A stretch of 64,000 bases of DNA from Hemiscyllium ocellatum (taxonomy: Eukaryota), in contig NC_083406.1 in assembly GCF_020745735.1 (NCBI RefSeq), forward strand, positions 14,384,001 to 14,448,000, written 5' to 3'. The first letter of the stretch is position 1. Every line of letters starts with the position of its first letter. The notes under the pieces are model-generated. The model made no database searches. It worked only from the letters and a program-made list of their open reading frames with translations, and was not told where the DNA came from. Position numbers and translations under genes: made by a program. This document shows, piece after piece, positions 54,357 to 64,000 of this stretch.

Positions 54357-55139
54357 TTTCTTTGTGTGCAGCAGATTTCATAAATATACAGTCAGCTGAA
54401 TTATGTCTTAATTATATTTATAATTACAGAGCGAGATTTTGTTTTGATAAATGAGCAACCCCAATTTTCAAAGCATGTTAAATATGGTGAAGCATTATAG
54501 GAAAATCAGGATTAAATCTAATATTGAATAAAGTTAAAAGTGAAATACTTTTGCAATTCTTTAATACAGTCAATTTTATGATTGAAATATTAAAATGCTA
54601 ACTTACCAACACAATCAAATGGCAGAGTATTCTGCATATTATCACTGTCACAATGCCATTTTTTTTACAATGTCTCCAAAACACAATTCCCATGCAAGGT
54701 TTTGAAAAGTGAATCCCTGACCTTCCTTTGGCTTTCAATCAGCAAACCTTAATAATGAAAGTCTTTCTGTAAAAGCGTCACATGAATAGACTTTCTGTCC
54801 ATGGGGAAGCTTGAGATGAGACAATGAGGCACCAAGACACTTACATTACAATGCCTAAAAGTGTTCTGAAACCAATTTGGAGGTGAAATATTTTCTTTGG
54901 ATTTATTTCACATTTTAAAATGACAAAGACTGAGGACGCTTGATCAGAGGAAGAGAACAACAAAATTAACAGCAATCATTTTAGCTTATACTGGAAGTTC
55001 AGCAGGAACGGAATCTCAGAAGTCAAATGAGTTGTGACCAATTAATTTATTAATACTTAATGAGAAAGAGGGAAAACATTGCTATACAACTATTAGTTTG
55101 TGGTTCGTTCATGCCCTTTAAGGGAAGGAATTCTAGGAA

Positions 55140-55425
55140 TTGGTGGCTCAGTGGTTAGCACTGCTGCCTCACAGCACTAGGGACCCAGGTTCAATTCTTG
55201 GGTAACTGCCTGTGTGGAGTTTGCACATTCTCCCTGTGTCTGCGTGGGTTTCCTCCCATAGTCCAACGATATGCAGGTCAGGTGAATTGGCTATGCTAAA
55301 TTGCCCATAGTATTAGGATTTTTTAGTCAGAGGGAAATGGGTCTGGGTGGGTTACTCTGTAGAGGGTCAGTATGGACTTGTTGGGCTGAAGGGCCTGTTT
55401 CCACACTGTAGGGAATATAATCTAA
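55140..55425 (+). mobile_element. HE1-type SINE
   Basis: Head and tail as in other copies. Confidence 0.85.
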
Positions 55426-55551
55426 ATTCTACTGGGCTGAGTTCACCAAGATGCCCAGTTGTCACGTAGTGAGTGGACCCTCACCTTTTAAGACTCACTT
55501 GAGTACAGAAGTACTGAGGATATTCTTCATAGTGAACATAAACGTTTTTCA

Positions 55552-55757
55552 GCTGCAAATGTGTTGCTGGTCAAAGCACAGCAGGCCAGGCAGCATCTCA
55601 GGAATAGAGAATTCGACGTTTCGAGCATAAGCGATGAAGGGCTTATGCTCGAAACGTCGAATTCTCTATTCCTGAGATGCTGCCTGGCCTGCTGTGCTTT
55701 GACCAGCAACACATTTGCAGCTGTGATCTCCAGCATCTGCAGACCTCATTTTTTACT
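55552..55757 (+). mobile_element. Young fold-back PLE insertion: perfect 83-bp inverted repeat, 14-bp TSD ATAAACGTTTTTCA
   Basis: Arms 55550-55632 / 55641-55723, spacer GATGAAGG; TSD 55538-55551 and 55758-55771. Confidence 0.9.
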
Positions 55758-56479
55758 ATAAACGTTTTTCACACGAGTTGACAGGTGGGTCTAGTTTAGT
55801 TGGGGGTTATGTTCAGCATGGACTGGTTGGACCAAAGGGCCTGTTTCTGTGCTGTGTGATGCTACGAGTGGGTTAAACTGAGAACTCTCTTGTCTTCTCA
55901 GGCGGATGTAAAAGATTCCGTTGCACTATTTTGAAGATGAGCAATTATTCTCTGCGTAGTTTGCTGGAAAATATTTATCCTTCAATCAACATCAGCGAAA
56001 TTACCTTTGCTGAAATTCATTGGCTTTGGAAAAAAAAATCTGTGGTGATGAAAGATGCTATGAAGTTCTTTATTTCCTTTCTAAATGTGACTCCAAATGA
56101 AATGACCTTGGAAAGCATGCAGTTACCACCATCAGGGATGAGCTACAAATGGCAGACTTACCAAACAACATTAACCTTCCCATGAATAAATTTAAAATAA
56201 TACCTGGATAAAAAAGGCACGGAAACAGTGTGCAGGATGTTTAAATCTCGAGCATGAAAACCTCACACCCAATGCTCAAAATCTGTGGCACACGATAAAT
56301 CACTGCAAGAAGAACGACAAGGGTCAGCTCCACCCTCAGTGGACCAGGAGTAACCATGGTAACGCCAGCTCTCCATCACAGACCTCCCTCTGCGCAGACG
56401 CGCTCCCCCGTGGCCAGCCCCCCCTCCACCTAGATCTGGCCCCGCCCACTCCACGGCTCCGCCCTTTGACCCTTCAGCT

Positions 56480-56635
56480 GCGCCAATGTTGGACCGGGGT
56501 GGACAAACTTAAAAATCACGCAACTCCAATAGGTTTATTTGAAACCTGGCGAAGGGGCAGCGCTTCGAAAGCTCGTGTTTCCAAATAAACCCGTTGAACT
56601 ATAACCTGGCGTTGTGTGATTTTTAACTTTTATCA
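56480..56635. mobile_element. Fold-back PLE pLTR (further family) inside the TUBGCP3 promoter island, with degenerate hammerhead (GAAA-GCUC)
   Basis: AAAAATCAC.CAAC.CCA / TGG.GTTG.GTGATTTTT arms; CTGGCGA-AGGGGC..GCTTC-GAAAGCTC. Confidence 0.6.
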
Positions 56636-57230
56636 ACACCAATCATCGCCAGCCAACCAACAAACTGCCCCGCCCATCCACCCACGCCCGGTCTGACCCG
56701 CCCCTCTACTAAGTCACGCCCACCTGCTGGCCCCGTCGCGCTCTCCATCCTTCTCCAGCTTGCTCCGCCCATTTTCGCAGCTCCGCCCACATCTTGACAC
56801 CGTTCGAATCCGGCCTCCCACTTCCATCCTGGTCCCGCTGACAGCCATAGTCCCGCCCACCCATCGTCACGCCCACGCACTGTCCCCGCCCCTTTTAAGG
56901 CCCGCCCTCTATGACCACTCCCATCAATACCGTGCCCCGCCCACGCCATTGTCTTGCCCGCACCCACTCTCCCTCCTCCTCCTCCTCCTCCTGACGCTTC
57001 CTTCTCGGCGCCAAGCCCCGCCCTGATCTCGGACCCCGATCCTTCCCCTCGCAGTGGATTGGGACTTTGACCCGGAAGTGGATATTTGCAGTTCCGTTGC
57101 AATCAAGCGGGCTCTTGAAAAAATGGCGCCGTTGTCGCTGGTGATCAACTGAGACCGAACCTGGGCGATCTGTGGTCAAGCCAGGGCTCCGACCTGGGAC
57201 TTGTGGGCCAGGGCACTGGGAAGGCGGGCG

Positions 57231-57306
57231 ATGGCGACTGTGGATCATAAGTCCCCGAATCTACTGTTGCAAAGCCTGTGCTGCCGGATTCTGGGCCGCA
57301 ATGAGG
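57231..57306 (+). CDS. TUBGCP3: TUBGCP3 coding exon 1 ([25 protein letters not shown]+1 nt)
   Basis: GGGCGATGG Kozak in CpG island; 76 nt then GTGAGT; matches GCP3 N-terminus [25 protein letters not shown]. Confidence 0.96.
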
Positions 57307-57711
57307 GTGAGTTAGGGCCGGGGTCTGGAGCTTGGGAAGCCCGAGACCTGCTGGTCCCGTCCACAGACAGTGAGGCAGGAAAGTGTCGCCCCAGTGATTC
57401 CGCCCCAGTGAGATGAGGGAGTGAGGTAGCGACGTGCAGGGGAGGCATTAGACCGAGTATGTCTGCAGCTGGCATTGAGAGGCTGGAATGATGCGCTCTC
57501 TTCCAAAGGCGATGACCATAGAGCAGTGACAAGGGTGTTGGAGAAAGAACGGACAAAATTAGGAGGACTTTCTCACGTCAGAGACAATGAAATTGAGAGG
57601 CGTAAAATCCGAGTCCTCCGATCGGGGGTTCAGTATTTGGAGAATAGAGGATGTGTTACTCAGGATTATTATAGTGCCAGTCAATACAGGGATAGTGAGT
57701 GGTATACTATC

Positions 57712-57841
57712 TAGGTTAAAAACAATGACTGCAGATGCTGGAAACCAGATTCTGGATTAGTGGTGCTGGAAAAGCACAGCAGTTACTGCTCCACGGATGC
57801 TGCCTGAACTGCTGTGCTTTTCCAGCACCACTAACCCAGAA
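57712..57841 (-). mobile_element. Fold-back PLE insertion in TUBGCP3 intron 1
   Basis: Arms TTAGTGGTGCTGGAAAAGCACAGCAGTT / AACTGCTGTGCTTTTCCAGCACCACTAA; degenerate TSD. Confidence 0.75.
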
Positions 57842-58030
57842 AGTGGTGTTTTATCACAAGGACTATGAAGAGTAATTAAATTGAGATTATATCAGAGGAA
57901 ATAATTCAGGCTTTTGGAATATAAACAGAGTCTGGGTAAGAGGATTGTAGATAAAGAAAAGGCAAAGTCAACATAATTGTAACACAAGAAGGCTGTTTGG
58001 CCAATCAGAGCAATGCTGGCTCTTCATTGA

Positions 58031-58185
58031 GTAAGGTAAAAACAATGACTGCAGATACTGGAAACCAGATTCTGGATTAGTTGTGCTGGAAGAGCACAGC
58101 AGTTCAGGCAACATCCAAAATGCAGCAAAATCAACTTTGGATGCTGCCTGAACTGCTGTGCTCTTCCAGCACCACTAATCCAGAA
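58031..58185 (-). mobile_element. Fold-back PLE insertion, 10-bp TSD TCTTCATTGA
   Basis: ~52-bp arms 58068-58119 / 58136-58187; TSD 58021-58030 and 58186-58195. Confidence 0.8.
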
Positions 58186-59159
58186 TCTTCATTGATTGGA
58201 TTACTCAATGTGTTCCCTCCTTCTCTCCCTGTCGCCCTGCTGGTTTATTTCCCCCCATCGCCATCCTTTTTCCTTATGAAATCACTAATCATTTCCACTT
58301 CCAAGACCTCATGCACAATAGGTTCCAGATCATGATCGTTTGGTATTTAAAGATTTTTTTCCCTAAACATTTTCTTTTATCATTTATTCCTGTTAATTTT
58401 GGTTCCATTTTCATCTGGTTAGATCCTACTCATATCTTTGAAATGAGCAGTTCTCCAATTTGGAAACTTCATTTTAGATTATTACTACATTCCTAATTGA
58501 ACTATTATTACTATCATGTTTCCTATAAGTTACTTAAACCAGCTCATTGCTTGGCACCAGAAATGTCACTTTCCTAGTTGCACTGAATGTACAAATTAGG
58601 CAATTTGGTTGCATGTTTACCAATTTGCTTTCACAAGTCTGTTGCACCATCAATAAGACCATGGCTGATCCAAAAGGCCTCAACACCACTTTCCTGTCTA
58701 GTCTCTAATCCAGTTGATTTCCTTGTCATTCAAGAATCTGTCTACCTCAGCCTCAACAATATTCCGGTAATTATGCTTCCCTTTTTCTCTGGTGAAGAGA
58801 ATTTGGGGACTAATGTCTTTTTGGGAGTGAAAGATTTCTTCAAATCTCCATCTTAATTGAGAGATCCCTCCTTTTTAAACTGTGCCCTCTAGTTCTAATC
58901 TCTCCAACACTTGGAATTGTCCTTTCTGCATCCACCTGTCAATTTCCCTGCAATCTTAACCGTTTCAACAAGAACAGTTCTCATTCTTCTGTATTCCAGT
59001 CTCCAATAGTTACAGGGCTGCTGTGTCCAGTCTTTGCTCAGAAACCAACCCTTCATCCCAAGATTTGGTCAAGTGAACTTTAATCCAGTTATGTTCTTTC
59101 TTAAACAAAACTGCATTATTCCAGATATCATATCTCAAACAGGCTGTGCAACTGGAAAA

Positions 59160-60620
59160 TTTTAGAATATGAGAGATAGCTAATTGAAAATATAAGAATA
59201 TTAATAGTTTCTACAGATATTTAGAAATTAAAGAAGTAAAAGAAAATTGTTAGCCTGATAGAAAGTCAGTTTAGGGGATTATTGATCAAAAATAAGGAAA
59301 TTACGGATTACTTTAGCAAGTAATGTATCACTGTTCACTAGTGGATATAAGTAACATGTCAGAAATGTCTGTATATCCAGAAATGGAAGGGAGAGGGAAC
59401 TTTGGTTAGGTTATATCAAGCTTGTGGTACTGAGCAAATTGTTGGAACTGCAGACTAACAAGCCCTTAGGTACTCCTAAACCTTATCCCATGGCCTTAAG
59501 GGAAATAACTAGTGAGATAGTTAATGTGCTAATATTGCTTTTCCAAAATTCCCGAGATTTAGAGAAGTTTTATTTGATTGGAAAGTAACAAATGAAGCTC
59601 CTTTATTCAAAAGGGCAACAGAAAGTAGGAAACTGCAGACCAGTTAGCTTAAACCCTGTCATAAAGAGGATGTTGGTATTAATGAAGATGTTCCAGCAGG
59701 GCTCATCCAAAAATTTAAGATAATCAGACAGTATCAACAGGGTTTTGTTCAAGGGAAACCACATTTAACCAATTTGTTGAAATTGAGGTTAACATGCCGT
59801 AGAGAAAGCAGATCTGGTGGAGGTGTTGGATTTCGAAATGGCATTTGTGGGTACTATGTCAAACACTTTTGCAGAAAATGTAATCTCATGGCATAGAGAA
59901 AGGAACACATTGGCATAGATAAGAGGTTGACTGGCTAACAGGCAATGATACGGATAGATATATCATTTTCTGGTTGGCCTGATGCTTGAAGTAGGGTACC
60001 AGAAACAAGTTGCAACCCCAACCTTTTACAATTTGTATAAGCGATACAAAGGAAAGGATGGAAGATATGGCTGCTAAATTTGCTAATAACACAGCAGTAG
60101 TTAGCAAAGTATGAGTAGACAGAGCAGATAGCTTAAGCAAGTGGGCAAAAACCTGACGAATGGAGTTGATGTGGAAAGGTGTGAAATTATTTGTTTTGGG
60201 AGGAAGAATCAAAGAGGCAGCTTATTGAGATTTTGGGGGATTGTCGAGCTCTTGCTATGTAAAGAAATCTGGGTGTCCTGATAATGAAATGCAAAAGGTT
60301 AATGTGAAGGTACAGCAAGTAATAGGAAAGCTGATGAAATGTAATCATTTATTACAAGGAGAATTGAGTACAAGTAGGGAGATTCTGCTTCAGTTATACA
60401 GGTTATTGATGAAACCATATCTGACATACTGTGAACGTTTGTAGTCTCCTCATTTAAGAAAGGATACAAATACATTGGAAGCAATCCAGAGAAAGTTTAT
60501 TTGACTAATACCTGGAATGAGTGGAGTTATTTTTGATTTGAATCATCGAAAATGTTGAACAGGAGAAGACTGAGAGATTTGATAGAACCATTAAGCATGC
60601 TGGGAGGTTATAACACTGAC
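59160..60620 (+). mobile_element. Decayed CR1 ORF2 (RT region)
   Basis: PLFKR..NCRPVSL; LDFEMAF; KFANNT remnants. Confidence 0.7.
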
Positions 60621-60626
60621 AACGGT

Positions 60627-60958
60627 GGGCGGCACGGTGGCACAGTGGTTAGCACTGCTGCCTCACAGCGCCTGAGACCTGGGTTCAATTCCCGACTCAG
60701 GCGACAGACTGTGTGGAGTTTGCACGTTCTCCCCGTGTCTGCGTGGGTTTCCTCCGGGTGCTCCGGTTTCCTCCCACAGTCCAAAGATGTGCGGGTCAGG
60801 TGAATTGGCCATGCTAAATTGCCCACAGTGTTAGGTAAGGGGTAAATGGAGGGGTATGGGTGGGCCACGCTTCGGCGGGTCGGTGTGGACTTGTTGGGCC
60901 GAAGGGCCTGTTTCCACATTGCCAGCTAGTTTAGATTAGATTACTTACAATGTGGAAA
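60627..60958 (+). mobile_element. HE1-type SINE, young, with inverted 3' tail
   Basis: GGGCGGCACGGTGGCACAGTGGTTAGCACTGCTGCCTCACAGC head; tail inverted at 60930-60958. Confidence 0.9.
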
Positions 60959-60959
60959 A

Positions 60960-61410
60960 TTGCCCAATATGTCCTCGAAAGAAAAAGGGTAAATCAAACC
61001 CGGCCAATTATTGCTCTATCAGTCTACTTTGCATCATCAGTAAAGTGATGGAAATTATCATCAAATGTTCTGAAGCAGAAGTTGCTTCGCAATAACTTGC
61101 TCACTAATGTTGAATTTGAGTTCTGTCAAGGCCACTCGGCTCCTGACTTTATTACAGCTTTGGTTCAAATGTAGATAAAAGAGCTGATTTCTAGAAGTCA
61201 GATGAGAGTGACTGCGCTTGACATCAAGGCTGCATTTGACTAATTGTAGCATGAAGGAGCCCGAGCAAATTGGGATTCATGGGAATCAAGGAAAAGCTGT
61301 CTGCTGTTTGTAGTCATATCTAGCTGAAAGGAAAATTTGTTTGAGGTCAGTCATCTCAGCTCAGGACATCTCTGCAGGAGGTCTCCATGTGGTGCCCCAA
61401 GCTCAAGCAC
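60960..61410 (+). mobile_element. Zenon-like LINE RT fragment
   Basis: ALDIKAAFD motif. Confidence 0.6.
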
Positions 61411-62159
61411 CTTTCCTCTTAAGGCAATCTGCTCATTCCAGGTATAAGTCCAGTAAATCTAAGAACAGCCTGCAATGCATCAGCATCCTTCTTCTGTATG
61501 TATGGTGACCAGTATTGTACAAAGTACTATAGATGTGGTCTCACCAATGCTCTGTATAATTGAAGCAAACCTCATCACTCTTGCATCTAATTGACCTTGT
61601 AATAAAACAACATTCTATTAGCTTTTTAAAAAAAATTTCTGTACCTGCATACTAACCTTCTGTGACACATGTATGAGGGCACCCAGATCTCTGCATCTCA
61701 ATTCGACAACCTCTCTGTTTTGATCTGGTTAATTTTTTTTATTTTGCAAATATAGACAATTTTGCACTTTCCCACATTATACTCCAGCTTCTAGATCTTC
61801 ACCCACTTAACCTTTCTATCTCCCTTTATAGCCTCATGACCTCATTACATAGTTTCATTTTATTTCATTGGTTAGTTCTCTAAATGCACATTTGCAGCAT
61901 TTTGTGTTTTTATGTGCACTTGTAAATATAATAAATAGGAAAGCAAATTTAGTAATTTGCAGTGTGAAGCATGGGATAAAATCTGAGAGACTGGTTTTTG
62001 ATTATATAATGTTCTCTATTGCGAAATGATCACGGTCAGTTAAAATTGGAACATTTTTGTCAGTATTGTTGTTTCTAAGATCAAGTTTTAGTTTATTTTA
62101 ATTTCCCGTCCAACCTGTGGAGCTGAATTGGCTTTACTGTGTGCACTTGTCTTTTATAG

Positions 62160-62267
62160 CTGATGTGGCTCAACAATTCCAGTACGCTGTGAGAGTAATT
62201 GGAAGTAACTTTGCTCCCACCGTGGAAAGAGATGAATTTCTTGTCGCTGAAAAGATCAAGAAAGAAA
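62160..62267 (+). CDS. TUBGCP3: TUBGCP3 coding exon 2 ([36 protein letters not shown]); gene continues beyond window end
   Basis: TTTTATAG acceptor, GTAAGT donor, 108 nt, phase 1-1; translation matches GCP3. Confidence 0.97.
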
Positions 62268-63410
62268 GTAAGTTGACTTCTTAAAGTAGTTCAGAAATCA
62301 ATGAAAATGCTCTGAGTGTTTGTCCAGGTCACTTAGGCTTGGAATTTTTCTTTTATGTCATTATTATGGCCAACTTATAGTTTGATTAAGTTTTTGTCAA
62401 ACCTGTGAATGTCTTCACTAGGTTTAATCTATCAAAAATGATCCTTGCAAAAGATCACAATGGTATCTCCTTTTTAAAAAATCCAAGTGTGACATTAGTT
62501 CTTGCGCTCCCTCCTTGCACTAATTACAGCAAATATAACACTCAGTGTCAACTCATCGCATCCTCTATCCTTGCAGTGATTTTTGTGAAAACGATATTTA
62601 TCACCAAGTTGCTCAATCATCTAGCTTACTTTACAAGTAATTGCATGAAAGCTTGAAAGAATGAATGGTTGCATATTCAATGATGAGAAGATGAGTTTCC
62701 ACATCAAGGCGGAGAGGAAAAAATCTCACGTAGGCTTAAATAACCTAAACAATCGATGGTCCTCCAAGGGAGGAGATCAATGTTTTATTCTAACTTTGTT
62801 TGTCTGGCATCTATGATCATCATCTATGATGCCAGCAAATTTAATTCCTCACTTACTTTGGCATTTAATTTGTTGCTATTAAACAGTGGAGCAGAAGAAC
62901 AAAATCAGGACAGCTGATTCGGTTGTTCTAGTGGTAAAAGATTTCAGATGGCAATCCAAGTGCCTTCCTGTTCATAATATTATTAGGAATAGCATGTTCA
63001 ATTCGGTCCTGTTAGCCTATTCTGTGATTTCATAAATCTTAACCCATCCAATTATGCCCCACTCCATTTTCCTGATTGTCACCATAACTTTTAACTTCTT
63101 TACAAAGCTCTGTCTAACTCAGACTTGAATATACTATATTCAAAGATCCAGGCTCCAGTATTCCCTGAGGAAGATAATTACACAGACTAGCGATCCCCTG
63201 ATGAAAAAAAAATTGCATTTTTAATAAAAAAAGCAAAATTTACAAATGCTGGAAAACTGTAACAAGCAGAGAATGTAGAAAAAATCTCAGCAGGTCTGGC
63301 AGCATCTGCTTCGAGTCTGGTGTGACGCTTCTTAAAAACTGAAAGTTGGAAATTTTTTTATACTTCTGACAGAGGCAGAAGTGCAACAATAGGACCGATG
63401 GTATAGAAGC

Positions 63411-63593
63411 AAGATTAGCGTGATGCTGGAAAAGCACAACAGGTCAGGCAGCATCCGAGGAGCAGGAAACACATTCCTGATGGAATGCTGGCCAAAACGT
63501 CAATTTTCCTGATTCTTGGATGTTGCTTGACCTGCTGTGCTTTTCTAGCTCAATTCTAATCTTGCTCTAATCTGCAGTCCTCACTTTCACCCA
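63411..63593 (+). mobile_element. Fold-back PLE insertion, 14-bp TSD, nested in an older PLE (from ~63225)
   Basis: GATGGTA(T/C)AGAAGC at 63397-63410 and 63594-63607; degenerate hammerhead at ~63473-63503. Confidence 0.75.
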
Positions 63594-64000
63594 GATGGTA
63601 CAGAAGCCCAGTGCAAAAGACAAAGGAGTATTTAATGGTGGTGAAATGAAAAAGAAAATGCAGCTGTAGTTTACAGGACACACAGACACACACAGATACA
63701 CTGCCCTGGCAAACCCATCATTCCAGTTTATACCTGCCCCACTGAACATAATGTGTTCTTATCTTAACTCTATTTCACTGTCCTCGCTTTACTCAATTTC
63801 TTACATAAATTCTTGATACTTCTGATGCTTTATATCATTCCATAATTTCTGCTTTTTTGGCCCTATTTGTCGCTTCTTCAGCATGTATTTGCACTCCCTC
63901 TACACATCCTTTTCCCATCAGGATGCTCTGAAGTTGCTCTGCATTTGTACTGAAAAGAGACCTTCGCAATCTCCATCCTATGCCACGTACTTATCCTATC

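Larger units (their letters stand above)
56340..57450 (+). promoter_or_regulatory. CpG island / promoter of TUBGCP3 with GC boxes, ETS/GABPA site CCGGAAGTG (57072-57080), YY1 site AAAATGGCG (57120-57128) and RFX X-box (56350-56363)
   Basis: Motifs read directly from sequence; CpG-rich region upstream of exon 1. Confidence 0.8.

Noticed and set aside
60627-60700. tRNA gene-like A/B boxes
   Set aside because: Head of an HE1-type SINE present in many copies, not a tRNA cloverleaf gene.

Overview
Vertebrate genomic DNA, very likely from a shark (abundant HE1-type V-SINEs, CR1 LINEs and Penelope-like elements). Two genes lie head-to-head, each with its own CpG island. ATP11A (P4-ATPase flippase) is on the - strand with coding exons 1-4 at 50997-50959, 15146-15024, 3609-3520 and 2282-2202. 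TUBGCP3 (gamma-tubulin complex component 3) is on the + strand with coding exons 1-2 at 57231-57306 and 62160-62267. Most of the rest is intron filled with transposon relics: a decayed, internally deleted gamma/epsilon-type endogenous retrovirus (~4985-8954), a solo LTR, CR1 and Zenon-like LINEs, a Tx1/L1-type LINE, SINEs, and a 2.5-kb G-rich minisatellite just inside ATP11A intron 1. The most striking unexplained structure is a set of short Penelope-like insertions carrying minimal type-I hammerhead ribozyme motifs. Many are fold-back hairpins bounded by 10-16 bp target-site duplications, with the fold-back junction at or beside the ribozyme core. Nearly all entries in the ORF track are spurious or TE-derived. 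Repeat boundaries without a visible TSD are approximate, and family names come from motif recognition, not database searches.
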